The notes beneath the pieces are model-generated. The model was not told where the DNA came from, ran no database searches, and was given only the letters and a program-made list of their open reading frames with translations. From positions 32,001-96,000 of the forward strand of contig CBDCXV010000010.1 in the NCBI GenBank assembly GCA_965223905.1: DNA of 64,000 nt, read 5' to 3'. The stretch comes from Candidatus Latescibacterota bacterium. GTDB taxonomy: Bacteria > Latescibacterota > UBA2968 > UBA8231. Below are positions 13,243 through 24,044 of this stretch, in pieces (the stretch's first letter is position 1; each line of letters begins with the position of its first letter). The position numbers and the translations under genes were made by a program.

Positions 13243-14184
13243 ATGAGCACCCACGCCGCACCAGTCGCCGTCAAACAAGCGCCGTCGCTCACTGTCTCAA
13301 GTCAGGCCCTCGAGCTCGTCCAGGCCAGCATTTCCGCCAACACCAAGCGGGCTTATACGGCCGCGCTGGCGAGGTTCGACAAAGCGATCGGCGACAACCC
13401 CGTCACCGATACCGTCGTTGCCAACTACCTCGCCGCCCTGTACGATGCCGAGAAGTCGCCGGCGACGTGCTCCCAAGTAGTCGCTGCGCTCAAGTTCCGG
13501 GCCAAGCTGCAGGACCTTCCACCGCCGGTAGGTCCCCGAACCAACCGGGTTCTTGCCGGGATCCGCCGCCAGGGGCGAGGAAGAGGACGAGGGCAGGCGA
13601 CCGGCGTGAACTTCACGCAAGCCGAGGCCGCCGCGGCTATCGCCGCTGGCGAAGGGTCCCTCCAAGGGCTGCGCGATGCGGCGATCATCTCGGTCATGTC
13701 GGACGGCTTGCTGCGCGTCTCCGAGTTGGTAGCCCTCCAGGTCGACGATCTCGCTTTCGAACCGGATGGGGGCCGCGTTACCATCCGCCACTCCAAGACG
13801 GACCAGGAAGGGATCGGAGTCGTGCTCTATCTGGGGCCCCCTACCGTGGCCAGGGTCAAGGCGTGGCTGGAAGCGGCCAAGATTACCTGTGGGCCTCTGT
13901 TTCGCCGCCTCCATCGAGGCGGAAATGTCGGCGGCGAGAAGGAACTAAGCACCCTAAGCGTCCGACAGATCATTAAACGCCGATGCACGGCCGCTGGCGT
14001 AAGGGGGTCGGTTTCGGGTCACTCGCTCCGCGTCGGCGGCGCTGAGTCGCTCGCCGCCGGCGGTGCTTCGATTGCCGAAATGCAGACGGCCGGACGCTGG
14101 CGGTCACCGGCGATGCCAGGTCACTATGCGCGGGGCCAGCTTGCTGTTCGTGGGGCCGTAGCTCGCATCCGCTACCGCAGGTGA
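13243..14184 (+). CDS. Cre-like tyrosine recombinase (intact)
   Basis: LRDAAIISVMSDGLLRVSE (R), HSKTDQ (K), GHSLRVG (HxxR), GRW, HYAR (Y). Confidence 0.92.
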   Translation: MSTHAAPVAVKQAPSLTVSSQALELVQASISANTKRAYTAALARFDKAIGDNPVTDTVVANYLAALYDAEKSPATCSQVVAALKFRAKLQDLPPPVGPRTNRVLAGIRRQGRGRGRGQATGVNFTQAEAAAAIAAGEGSLQGLRDAAIISVMSDGLLRVSELVALQVDDLAFEPDGGRVTIRHSKTDQEGIGVVLYLGPPTVARVKAWLEAAKITCGPLFRRLHRGGNVGGEKELSTLSVRQIIKRRCTAAGVRGSVSGHSLRVGGAESLAAGGASIAEMQTAGRWRSPAMPGHYARGQLAVRGAVARIRYRR

Positions 14185-14205
14185 ACGGAACCCCGGCAGG
14201 ATATT

Positions 14206-14490
14206 TCATCCTGGTGGCGATTCGGGTCCATTGTGGCAGCGGTGGCCGCTGGCCATCTGCTCCTGCAGAACCCCTGCAAGGATGGCCAACGGAAGGGTGA
14301 ACTGCCCCGACCGGTCCGTGGCGGCCGCCAGCGGAGCGGCGCGCAGATCCGACAAATCGAACAGCAGCACCTGCGCGCCGGGCACCGGTGCGCCTGAGGG
14401 CAGCCGCACCCGGCCCTCGACGAGGGGCTCGGCCCCGCCATGCCCCCATGATCTTACCAGCCCGAGGATGCCGATGATGGCTGCTTTCAT
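14206..14490 (-). pseudogene. N-terminal fragment of a secreted protein with a carboxypeptidase-regulatory-like domain
   Basis: Signal-like N-terminus followed by EGRVRLPSGAPVPGAQVLLFD...TDRSGQFTLPL; truncated. Confidence 0.55.
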
Positions 14491-15029
14491 ACCCTCAACT
14501 CCTTATGGGCTAGGTATCCCCATCGACCCCGTCCCCGGCTTGGGCGAATGGCGAACACCGGGACCCTCCGTCACCCCGAATCCACAACCAGGCCGCGGCG
14601 CGGGGCTGCCGCCAGCCGGTCTCCTCGACGTTGACCATTGCCTGTCGGCGAAGGAAGCGCTCGCCTCCTCTACCGGACCCGCCAGGGCCGCGGCCACTTC
14701 CGCAAACGAGCGTACCCTACCGGAACTGGGTCAGGCCACGTACAGGGTACCGACCCAGGAAGTCGTAGGTGCCGGAGGTGCCGAGGAACCCGTTGAAGAT
14801 CACCGCCGGCGGCTGATCGAACAGGTTGTTGACGCCCCACCCACCCACACGGAGCCTTCTTTCCCTTCCCACCGAATCAACGGTGCCGTTTTACTCCTCC
14901 ACCGTCAGTTCGATCTGGAGGCTCCGGGTCCCTTCGATATACAGACCGACCGCCGCCGCCGCCGAAACAGTGGGCGGCGAGCCATCGGGGGAAAAAAGTC
15001 CACTACCGAGTGGAGAAACTTCCTCCCCC

Positions 15030-16664
15030 TCAGGGAGAGGGGAGGGCTCGGAAAACGTCAGGCGCGCCTTCAGGACGAGGTTCTCGTCGGGTTTGTTCAG
15101 CCGGGCGAAGACCTCCTCCAGGGTCTCTTCGTCCTCGAACCCCCCGAATCCCCCACACCCCGAAATCCCCTTCGGTGTCGTCCGCCAGGCTGGCGGCGGA
15201 AGCCACCTCGAGCCGGTACCTACCCGGAGGAATCGTATCCGGCAGGGCGAGCTCCAGCTCGATTTTCCGGTCGTCGCGCCGGCCCACGCGCAGCGACGCG
15301 GAAATGGCCAGCGTACTTCCCAGACCGGCCACGGGGTCGGCGGTGACCTCCACCACCTGGGCGAAGCCAGGCTCCGGGATCATTTCGATGCGGACCTCGG
15401 CGTCGCGGACCCGCAAGGCGTAGTCGTTCCTCATCATCAGCTCGGAAAGTACCAACGACAGGTCGCCCGAGGCAGCCCCGATCAGGGAGAAAAGCCTTCC
15501 ATCCGGCCCCGCGTAGAGGCGGGTGCGGGAAAGCACCGAATCCCGTGCCGGCGAACGAGATATTCGTCGCGACGCGGAGACTGTGGTCCGGCTCGTCGTC
15601 GACCCGGGTGTACAGGGGTCTGAAAGAAGCATCGGTGGCGAGACTGAGCGTGGTGTACGAGTCGAGGCCGACCGTGGGCATCCGGTGCGTGAGTTCGAGC
15701 TCGCTCCCGGAAGGAAAGGGTGTACTGGGTCCGGATCGGTACCAGCTCCGGCTCCTCGTCGAGGAGGCCGCGGACCGCGGGCAACCGGTCTTCGGTTATG
15801 GTTCCGCGCACCGTCGGGTTCAAGGTCGCGAACTTGAAGGGAGCGGTGAGATTGGAAATTTCACCGAGCACCTTGGCTTCGATAATGGGAAGCTCGACCG
15901 GACCGAGGCTGTAGAAGGGATGCCCGAATCCGTATATCCGGTTTTCGTCGACGTAGGATATGGTTCCAATCGCCCCTCCGGTGATTTCACCGAGCAGCAG
16001 ACCGACGGCCAGCGGCCTGCCGGCCTCGAAGCTCTCCTAGCGCTCCTGGGTCAGACCCGCCGAAACCGCCTCACCCAGGGGAAAGGAACCCCCTCCGGGC
16101 GGCGGCTGCAGACCGTTGAGCCCCGTGCTCACCAGGGGGATCTCCAGGGGGGTGATACGGGCTTCCGTCCCACGTGGCCGCCGGTTTGGCCGCGGGCAGG
16201 GTTCCCTGCGAGCCGATCACCCATTCTATGGGGGTGGCGAAGAAGTAGTACGGCGGGCTGTCCTGGTAAGCGAAACCGTAGGCGATGGCGCCCAGGGTGC
16301 CCTGTTCGGAAAAGACGGGGGAGCCGCTCATGCCCTGGGCGATGCCCCCCAGCTGGATCAGCACCGGATCGGAAGATTCCACCATGATGACGGGCATGGG
16401 CGCGAGAAAATCGTCGACCACCTGGACGAAGGTCATCTCGAGGTCGGCGAGCTCGCCGTTGGCAAACTCCGTGGGCAGGAACAGGAGGGTGCCCGGGGGA
16501 AGGGCGCGGACCGAGTCGATCGGCACGACGGCGGAAAGATCCCAGGGCATCAGTTCCCCGCTGGGGCGCAAAACCTTTCTTTCCGGAGCCGCCGGTGGAG
16601 CGTCGTCGTCTCCACAGGACCAGAGGCAAATCCCGAGCGCGAGCAGGGCCAATCGAATCGTCAT
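15030..16664 (-). pseudogene. SpoIVB-like peptidase S55 lipoprotein, frameshifted into several pieces
   Basis: Lipobox LWSC; GGIAQGMSGSPV...GAIAYGF...ATPIE; continues in ORFs 15482..15871 and 15030..15632. Confidence 0.75.
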
Positions 16665-17100
16665 GTGTGTTCTCCTTGTTCTCCAGGGCCTAATGGTGTT
16701 CTCCACGGCTCCAGCACGAATCGGTGGCGCTTCATCGGATGGAGACTATGATGGGGTCTTTCTGTCCTGACTCCTCCCCGTATTCCAGCCCCATGTAGAA
16801 ACCGCTGTCCCGAGCGCACGTAGCGCCTGTCAGCAAGACACCGGCCGATAGCAATTGAATACCTGTCATGGCGGTTGGGGTTTTCGCTGTTTTGATGGGG
16901 AATTGTATACCATCCACCCACGGCCCTGAGCGCAGGCCGCAGGGATGCAACGGGCCGGGGGATGCCGTCTCGGGGAGGGAAGGGGCAAGCCCCCATCACA
17001 CCCACTGTAATTTTGAACTGGCCTTCAACAGGCTGGATTTGTCCAGCCTCCTCTTTTGCCCGGCGCCGTGATCGAGGCATGGCTCTCCCCCCCGGATACG

Positions 17101-17922
17101 TCAAGACCAGTTGACAAAATCCTGGTTTGCCAGGTCGTCTATGATGATCTCCACCGCACTGGCATCCACTGGCTCGAAGCCATCGAATGAATAATCCGGT
17201 ACCTGGATTCCCCTCCCTACCGTGTATCCAACTTTGAATGGCTGAAGCCAAGGAACTTTCTCCAGGGCCTCCTCATCTCGCCGACTGAACACCACGTGGT
17301 GCCGGGGCGATGCCCCCAGGATGGTTCCCGAATAGTCATCGTCCAGAATCCCCTCCTCCAGGGAATTGTCGGCGACTACTACGAGAGCACCCACCCCAAA
17401 CACATCAGCCAGCAGTGCTTCCATCGGGGGCGCTTTTTCGAATTCCAGCGTGAAGGTTCCCGTCTCCAGGTCGATTCCCCCTGAGCCGTACACGTAGGTG
17501 TAGTCCCCTTCTCCCGTGTCTGAAGTCCAGAACACAACGACCCGAGCGCTGTCGGGAAGGTCTTCCTCGGTTTCGTTGGTGATGGTTCCTGACACGGTGA
17601 ATCCGGCCCAGGTTATTTCGGATCTTATGGTGGTGTCCCCCATCGCCGTGTCCGGCATGGAGACCATGGTGGTGTCCATCACGGTCGAATCAAGCATAGT
17701 CGTGTCGATCATCGCGGTATCCGGCATTGCGTTGCCGGAATCTGGCATGGATTCCTTCTCCTCCATCATGCGCTTGCGGCCTTCACTGGTTCCGGCCACC
17801 GGCTCCGAGAAGGTTATGCTGCTGCTGATGCGCTTTCCGGCGGGTTCGCTCTTGACGGTGTTGCCCTTCTCCGAGCAGGACGTCCAGAGCAGAGCAGCGA
17901 AGAGGCACAGCGTGAACTTCAT
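17101..17922 (-). CDS. Hypothetical lipoprotein with DTTM-type pentapeptide low-complexity repeats
   Basis: MKFTLCLFAALLWTSC lipoprotein signal; AAGGAG RBS upstream; DTAMIDTTMLDSTVMDTTM repeats. Confidence 0.75.
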   Translation of the reverse strand: MKFTLCLFAALLWTSCSEKGNTVKSEPAGKRISSSITFSEPVAGTSEGRKRMMEEKESMPDSGNAMPDTAMIDTTMLDSTVMDTTMVSMPDTAMGDTTIRSEITWAGFTVSGTITNETEEDLPDSARVVVFWTSDTGEGDYTYVYGSGGIDLETGTFTLEFEKAPPMEALLADVFGVGALVVVADNSLEEGILDDDYSGTILGASPRHHVVFSRRDEEALEKVPWLQPFKVGYTVGRGIQVPDYSFDGFEPVDASAVEIIIDDLANQDFVNWS

Positions 17923-17934
17923 GATCTTCTCCTT

Positions 17935-18100
17935 CGTGGGATGGGCCTGGGCGGCCTTGCGGGCGATTTCGGAGCGCCGGTGAGGGCTCACCTTGGCGAC
18001 ACGGGCGGCCCTTGCCGCGGGGCGCTTCCGTCCTCCACGGCGCCGATGGCGGAGTCGACGATGAGCTTGGCGCTGTTCGAGTCGCGCCGGACGCTTCCTG
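17935..18100 (-). pseudogene. Remnant of a small basic IS-associated protein (RD.N.AKLIVD.A.G...SP.RRSEIARKAA.A type)
   Basis: Fragments RRDSNSAKLIVDSAIG and SPHRRSEIARKAAQA lie in different frames. Confidence 0.45.
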
Positions 18101-18231
18101 ACGCCTGATGTTGTTTTAGAATCAACCAGTTTATTATAAGGAACTCTTCGTGACCTTTAAGTGATTTCCTGGGCAATGCAGATTATATTTTGGTGATAAT
18201 TGGGAGGCCCCCGTACCCACGGCCCGGCCAG

Positions 18232-18325
18232 CGGTTGAAGATCTCCAGCCGCACCGGACCCGGGCTTGCGAGCCGGTAGACGATCCGGGTGCTGCTGTTG
18301 AAGGGGTTGGGGTAGCTCCAGGCCG
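18232..18325 (-). pseudogene. Isolated FlgD-Ig/T9SS-like C-terminal domain remnant
   Basis: SYPNPFNSSTRIVYRLASPGPVRLEIFN. Confidence 0.6.
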
Positions 18326-18497
18326 ATGGCGGCCGGCTCCCCCTGCAGGGAAACCGCCTTGGCCGCGTCCAGCCGTGCGCTGGCTCCCAAGGGAGACGCC
18401 CTCGCAACCCGTTTTCGGTTTTCTGTTTACCCCAGTTCCGAATTGACCGTATCATCAAGCACGATAATTTTCGGGCAGGCAGCTATTGCGTTAGACT

Positions 18498-18530
18498 AAA
18501 TGTACGCGAAATGTACGCGAAATTTACGCG
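18498..18530 (+). promoter_or_regulatory. Three 11-bp direct repeats, candidate OmpR/PhoB-type operator
   Basis: AAATGTACGCG AAATGTACGCG AAATTTACGCG upstream of the kinase-regulator gene. Confidence 0.55.
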
Positions 18531-18716
18531 TGCATGTATGATTTTTTGATGATACTTTGGCGTTTCAGATGATATATTGGTGATTATCCGGGACCTGTGG
18601 CGGTCCCGTCCTCAAATCCGTCCCGGCTGGGCTTATTTTGCGGCCCGCAGGCCGGTACCCGCCTCGAGCCGGAGCCGGAGACCCCGGAAGAGGTTGACCG
18701 CCCGTTCCTACGGGCT

Positions 18717-21113
18717 ATGGAGGGTGAATTGAAGAGAGCCGACTCGCGCGACCAGGAGGAGATGGAGGCGTTGCGGGAGCGCCTGTCCCGGCTGAGCGAG
18801 GCCAGCCTGCGCATCAACGAGAGCCTGGACCCGGACACGGTGCTGCAGGAGGTGATGGACAGCGCCCGGTCCCTGACGGAGGCCCGCTACGGCGGGATTA
18901 CCACCTTCGACGACTCGGGCGGACTGCTGGACTTCATCACCTCCGGGGTACCTCCCGAAGAGTACCAGCGGACATTGAGCCTGACCCAGGGCGAGCGGCT
19001 GTTGGACTACCTCCGCTCGATTCGAGGCTCCCTGAGATTAGGGGACGTGGCCGGCCACATGCGGTCGCTGGGGTTTCCCGAGGACCACCCACCGGTCAAG
19101 ACCCTGCTGGGGGCGCCGATGCGCCACCGGGGCGAACACGTAGGCAATCTCTACCTGGCCGAGAAGGAGGGGGGCCGGCAGTTCACGCCCGCAGACGAGG
19201 AGATTCTGGTCCTGTTCGCCTCCCAGGCGGCGCTGGTCGTGGCCAACGCCCGCCGCTACCGGGACGAGCAGCGGGCCCGGGCCGACCTGGAGACCCTGAT
19301 CGACACCTCTCCGGTGGGCGTGGTGGTGTTCGACGCGAGGACGGGAGCGCCGGTGTCCTTCAACCGGGAGGCGAGACGCATCGTCGACCGCCTGCGGAAG
19401 CCGGACCAATCGACGCCGCAGCTCCTCGACGTCGTGACCGTTCGCCGCGCCGACGGGCGGGAGATCTCCCTGGAAGAGGTCTCCCTGGTCCAGGCGCTGA
19501 GCGTCGGGGAGACGGTGCGCGCCGAGCAGATCGTCTTCCAGGTGCCCGACGGACGGTCGGTCACCGCGCTGGTCAACGCCACGCCGATCCCCTCGGAGGA
19601 GGGCCGGGTCGAGTCCTTCGTCGTGACCCTGCAGGACCTGACCCAGCTTCAGGAGCTGGAGCGGCTGCAGGCCGAGTTCCTGAGCATGGTCAGCCACGAG
19701 TTGCGCCGGCCGCTGACCTCGATCCGGGGCTCGGCGAGCGCCCTGCTGGACGCCTCGGCCGACCTCGACCCGGCCGAGCTGCGCCAGTTCCACCGCATCA
19801 TCCTCGAGGAGTCCGACACCCTGCGCGAATTGATCGGCGAACTGCTCGACGTGGCGCGCATCGAGACGGGCACGCTGCCGGTCGCACCCGAACCCGCCGC
19901 GGTCGCCGATCTGGTGGACCGGGCCCGGAACACCTATCTGAGCGGAGGGGGCAGGAACCCCCTCGAAATCGACCTGGACGCGGATCTCCCCCTGGTGATG
20001 GCGGACCGGCGGCGCATCGCCCAGGTCATCGGCAACCTGCTGTCCAACGCGGCCGGGCACGCCCCGGAGTCGTCCGCCATCCGGGTGACCGCGGGGCGCC
20101 GGGACGTCCATGTCGCCGTCGCCGTCGCCGACCAGGGCCGGGGGATTGCCGCCGAGCGCCTGCCCCACCTGTTCCGCAAGTTCGCCCGGATCGACGGCCG
20201 GGACGGGGCGCGGGAGATCGACGGGTCGGGCCTGGGCCTGGGCATCTGCAAGGGGATCGTGGAAGCCCACGGGGGCCGCATCTGGGCCGAGAGCGACGGT
20301 CCCGGCCTGGGCGCGCGCTTCACCTTCACCCTGCCGGTCGTCGAAGAGGCCGCCGACGGGGCCTCGCCGCCTCCCGCGCGCTCGAGGAAGGCGGCGAGAA
20401 AGGCGGCCCGCATCCTCGTGGTCGACGACGACCCGCAGACGCTCGCGTTCGTGCGCCACGCGCTTACGGAGGCGGGCTTCGAGCCGATCGTGACCGCCGA
20501 CCCGGACCAGGCGCTTCCCCTCATGCAGAAGAACCGGCCCCACCTGGTCCTGCTCGACTTGGTGCTGCCCGGCTCCGACGGCATCGAGCTGATGAAGGAC
20601 CTTTTCGGCATCGCCGACCTGCCCATCATCTTCCTGTCCGGCTACGGCAGCGACCAGACCATTTCACGGGCCTTCGAGTCGGGGGCCACCGATTACATCG
20701 TCAAGCCCTTCTCGCCCACCGAGCTGGTGGCCCGGGTCCGGGCGGCCCTGCGCCGGCAGGGAGCCGGGACCGCGGCCGAGCCGACCGAACCCTATGTGCT
20801 GGGGGATCTGACCATCGACTACCCCAAACGCCGCGTCACCCTGGCCGGCCGTACCCTGAAGCTGACCGCTGGCGAATACGACCTGCTCTTCGAGCTGTCG
20901 GTCAACGCCGGACAGGTGGTCACCCACGACCAGCTGCTGAGAAGGGTATGGGGACCGACCCACTCCGGGGATTTGCGGGTGGTCCGCACCCTCGTCAGAA
21001 GACTCCGCCGCAAGCTGAAGGACGACGGGAACAACCCCACCTACCTCTTTTCCGAGCCGCGCGTCGGATACCGAATGCCCAAGGGGCAAGAACCGGATCC
21101 GGGGACGGAGTGA
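18717..21113 (+). CDS. Cytoplasmic hybrid histidine kinase fused to an OmpR-type regulator (GAF-PAS-HisKA-HATPase-REC-wHTH)
   Basis: SHELRRPL H-box, NLLSNA, DQGRGI, GSGLGLGI, ILVVDDD..LLDL..KPF, and C-terminal wHTH LTAGEYDLL..RVGYR. An alternative start lies at 18597. Confidence 0.92.
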   Translation: MEGELKRADSRDQEEMEALRERLSRLSEASLRINESLDPDTVLQEVMDSARSLTEARYGGITTFDDSGGLLDFITSGVPPEEYQRTLSLTQGERLLDYLRSIRGSLRLGDVAGHMRSLGFPEDHPPVKTLLGAPMRHRGEHVGNLYLAEKEGGRQFTPADEEILVLFASQAALVVANARRYRDEQRARADLETLIDTSPVGVVVFDARTGAPVSFNREARRIVDRLRKPDQSTPQLLDVVTVRRADGREISLEEVSLVQALSVGETVRAEQIVFQVPDGRSVTALVNATPIPSEEGRVESFVVTLQDLTQLQELERLQAEFLSMVSHELRRPLTSIRGSASALLDASADLDPAELRQFHRIILEESDTLRELIGELLDVARIETGTLPVAPEPAAVADLVDRARNTYLSGGGRNPLEIDLDADLPLVMADRRRIAQVIGNLLSNAAGHAPESSAIRVTAGRRDVHVAVAVADQGRGIAAERLPHLFRKFARIDGRDGAREIDGSGLGLGICKGIVEAHGGRIWAESDGPGLGARFTFTLPVVEEAADGASPPPARSRKAARKAARILVVDDDPQTLAFVRHALTEAGFEPIVTADPDQALPLMQKNRPHLVLLDLVLPGSDGIELMKDLFGIADLPIIFLSGYGSDQTISRAFESGATDYIVKPFSPTELVARVRAALRRQGAGTAAEPTEPYVLGDLTIDYPKRRVTLAGRTLKLTAGEYDLLFELSVNAGQVVTHDQLLRRVWGPTHSGDLRVVRTLVRRLRRKLKDDGNNPTYLFSEPRVGYRMPKGQEPDPGTE

Positions 21114-21137
21114 CCGCGGGAGAGGGGGGGGGTAAGC

Positions 21138-22211
21138 ATGATAACGGCTTTGCTCATCTTTGCCGCGGCGGGCTTGGCGGCCGCCGAATCACCGTACTTC
21201 GAGAGCGGGGACACGCGCCTGTCGTGGTCTCCGCAGGGAGACCGCCTGGTGTATGTTGCCGAGGGGGAGCTGGTGGTGGTGGACGCGTACAGCCGACAGG
21301 CCACCCCCCTCGGGCCCGGGTATGATCCGACGTGGTCCCCGGTCGGCGACCGGATTCTGTTCACCCACCTGGACGAGGCGTCTTCCTACAAGACGTTTAT
21401 CGTGCAGGCGGACGGCTCCGGCCGGCGACGGGTTGGGGATGGATGCGCGGTGGGCTGGTCGCCGTCCGGAGACCGTTATGCCTATTGGAGGCGCGTGTAC
21501 TTTGATGAATGGAAAACAGGGAAGAATCAGGTTGAGCAGGTGCCGGTGATTTTCATCGAAGATGCCCGGGACGGATATTCCCGCGGCCTGATTCCTCTCG
21601 GCTACCTCGACTTCCAGGTGGCCGACTGGTGGTCGATCGGAATTGTCTACTACTCCGTAAGTGGGTGGGCCATACGATCGTCACAATACCGGTACGCGTC
21701 TATTGTGAATCCAGACATGTGGGATCCATCCAAATGGGCCCTGGAGGAACGCCGACACCGGGGCTCGGGTTGTCAACCCGGGACCCTGGCTTGGTCTGCG
21801 GCTGCTTCCCGGCTGGCGTGTTTCTACGTGCAACCCGAAGGCACGGACACATCACCGCCGGAGGGTTGGGTTCCCGAGCGCAGACTCAACGTGCGGGAGA
21901 TAGGTGGCGACTTTTGGGAAATCGGGGAAAACCTCAGAGGCTACCAGCTCTCGTGGTCTCCCGACGGCCAACGGCTGGCGTTTGACCTCTGGCTTGAAGA
22001 GGAGGACACCCGGGACATCTTCGTCGCCGAGGGCGAGAGGCTGGACCGGATCCGGCGCCTCACCTTCGAGAAAGGGTGCTGTCCCCACTGGAGCCCGGCC
22101 GGCGATCAGATCGCCTACTTCAGCAAAGGGTCTTTGAAGTTCGTGCAGCCAGATCAGCCTACCGGAGTCAGGGCGCTCAGCTGGGGCCAAATCAAAAACC
22201 AGCACCAATAA
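21138..22211 (+). CDS. Secreted TolB-like/PD40 beta-propeller protein with a C-terminal SWGQIK motif
   Basis: Signal peptide; repeated WSP(Q/V/S/D/A)GD motifs. Confidence 0.85.
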   Translation: MITALLIFAAAGLAAAESPYFESGDTRLSWSPQGDRLVYVAEGELVVVDAYSRQATPLGPGYDPTWSPVGDRILFTHLDEASSYKTFIVQADGSGRRRVGDGCAVGWSPSGDRYAYWRRVYFDEWKTGKNQVEQVPVIFIEDARDGYSRGLIPLGYLDFQVADWWSIGIVYYSVSGWAIRSSQYRYASIVNPDMWDPSKWALEERRHRGSGCQPGTLAWSAAASRLACFYVQPEGTDTSPPEGWVPERRLNVREIGGDFWEIGENLRGYQLSWSPDGQRLAFDLWLEEEDTRDIFVAEGERLDRIRRLTFEKGCCPHWSPAGDQIAYFSKGSLKFVQPDQPTGVRALSWGQIKNQHQ

Positions 22212-22304
22212 AACGGGGGCGGCTGCGGACAACGGCGTCGCCGCACTGGGCTGCAGCGCCTGACGGCACTGTGGGAAGGCGCTCAACAACGCATACGATA
22301 ACCT

Positions 22305-22580
22305 TGAAGCTGACCGCCCCCGAATACGACCTGCTCTTCGAGCTTTCCGTCAACGCCGGACAGGTGGTCACCCACGACCAGCTGCTGCGAAGGGTATGGG
22401 GACCGACCCACTCCAGGGATTTTCGGGTGGTCCGCACCCTCCTCAGGAGACTCCGCCGCAAGCTGAAGGACGACGGGAACAACCCCACCTACCTCTTTTC
22501 CGAGCCGCGCGTCGGCTACCGCATGCCCAAGGGACAAGAACCGGATCCGGGGACGGAGTGACCGCGGGAGGTGGGGGGGG
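22305..22580 (+). repeat. Second copy of the 3' ~275 bp (wHTH, stop and downstream) of the kinase-regulator gene
   Basis: Near-identical to ~20857..21131; both encode LKLTA.EYDLLFELSVNAGQVVTHDQLLRRVWGPTHS...QEPDPGTE*. Confidence 0.9.
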
Positions 22581-22854
22581 TCGTCAATTCAACCCTCCAT
22601 CTCTTTCGACCGCGTTTCCATCCTCTTCCCAAATGAGGCTGCACCGGTCGGGCGGCAGCAGGCCCAAAGCCGGTGCTGATTTGAAGATAGGGCCGCCCCC
22701 CTGGAAGTCATTTGTTTGTCATCTGATATGGGGGAAATATCACCCTGAAATCATTCATACTTGAGTATATTGTGTATTTATCCAGTTACTCACTTTCTCC
22801 CTAAGACTAAGTTACCACATTTCCCCAAGCGCCAAGCCGGGACATAAGGCACCA

Positions 22855-23861
22855 TTGGGGGTATCCATTTAACCGGAACTCCTGAACATGGGGGCAGCCT
22901 TACTCTTTGTTCAGTATAGACGTGCTCGTCCGGGGCCGTAAGTACCTTGAGGGCCGGAAAAGGAGTGCCGCCATCGAGGAATTCCAGGCAAGGCCGGGGC
23001 ATTGCGGCCGAGGAGACCATCATGAAGCGCCTGACAGCAGCCATCATTCTGGGGCTGGCCAGCCTCTTCTTGGCAGTGAACCCCGCCGTTGCCCAGGACG
23101 ACGCGAGGGTAACGGCCAGTGACGTGGTAGACCGGGAATCCTTGAAAGCCTTCGTGCTGGAGGCGAGGGAGTACCTGGATAGCTTCGAGACCCTTTCCGG
23201 GTACCGGGACGCCTTGGAGAGCTTCAGGGCCGGCGGGGATTGGAAGCAGGGCTCCGTCTACCTCTTAACCGGACTGCTGAAACACCAAGCCAAACTCTCG
23301 GGGTGCTTCGGAAATTTCAAGTCTTCCCGAGATGACTTCAGCGGTCATTGCGTCACAATACTCGGTGACCAGTTGAATCTCCTTTGAGGCGATGCTGGAT
23401 GACTGAGTCAGTTCTGTCCAAAAAAAGGCAATTTCAATCTGGCTTTTCCTTTGTGGGAAGGGGGGGACGACAGAGAATACACATCCTTCCGGGCTAAGCC
23501 GGGAATGTCGCCCCGCCCAAGGGAGGAAAGATTTTGATTTCGCAGCATCCAGTAGAGAAAGCGGGGGATGTATGCCATTTGGTTCAACGAAATAAAAAGG
23601 GAATTCTGGAGTATTCCATTTAAGCGGACTCCTTTAACCCCCCCGCTCTTGCAGCCGTGGTATGATGTTCTATCGCGTGCTCGAGCTGGCTGTCGGCCAC
23701 GCCCCGGTGCGCTATCTGGATCTCGTCGCCGGCCGGCGCCCCAGAAAGGTGCCACCAGCGCCGCTGGCTCAACGTGGACGCCCGGGGAGCTCGGAACGTC
23801 CGGCGGCGAACCGACCGTAGCGGGCTATCAAGAGTAGGTCCAGTTAAATGGATACCCCCAA
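22855..23861. mobile_element. Non-autonomous, inverted-repeat-bounded segment (IS1595-like ends inferred)
   Basis: TTGGGGGTATCCATTTAACCGGA (22855) and TCCAGTTAAATGGATACCCCCAA (23839-23861) match 22/23 as inverted repeats; no transposase and no TSD seen. Confidence 0.55.
23022..23265 (+). pseudogene. Truncated secreted Cache-domain-type protein
   Basis: Signal peptide then VTASDVVDRESLKAFV..A..Y...GDWKQGSVYL; resemblance breaks off near 23265. Confidence 0.6.
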
Positions 23862-24044
23862 ACCCCCAACCCCCAAGGGAATTATATACGTGAGTAGACA
23901 CGAACGCTGCTGGCCGCTTCTGCTAGTTCTGACAGTCTGGATGGTCAGCTTCGCCACGTCCTCGGGGAAGAACCCGAGGACAGCCGGGGCCGTTCTTTCT
24001 CGGAGGCAAGGGACCGCGACGCCTTCAGCCAAGAAGAAGGCGTA

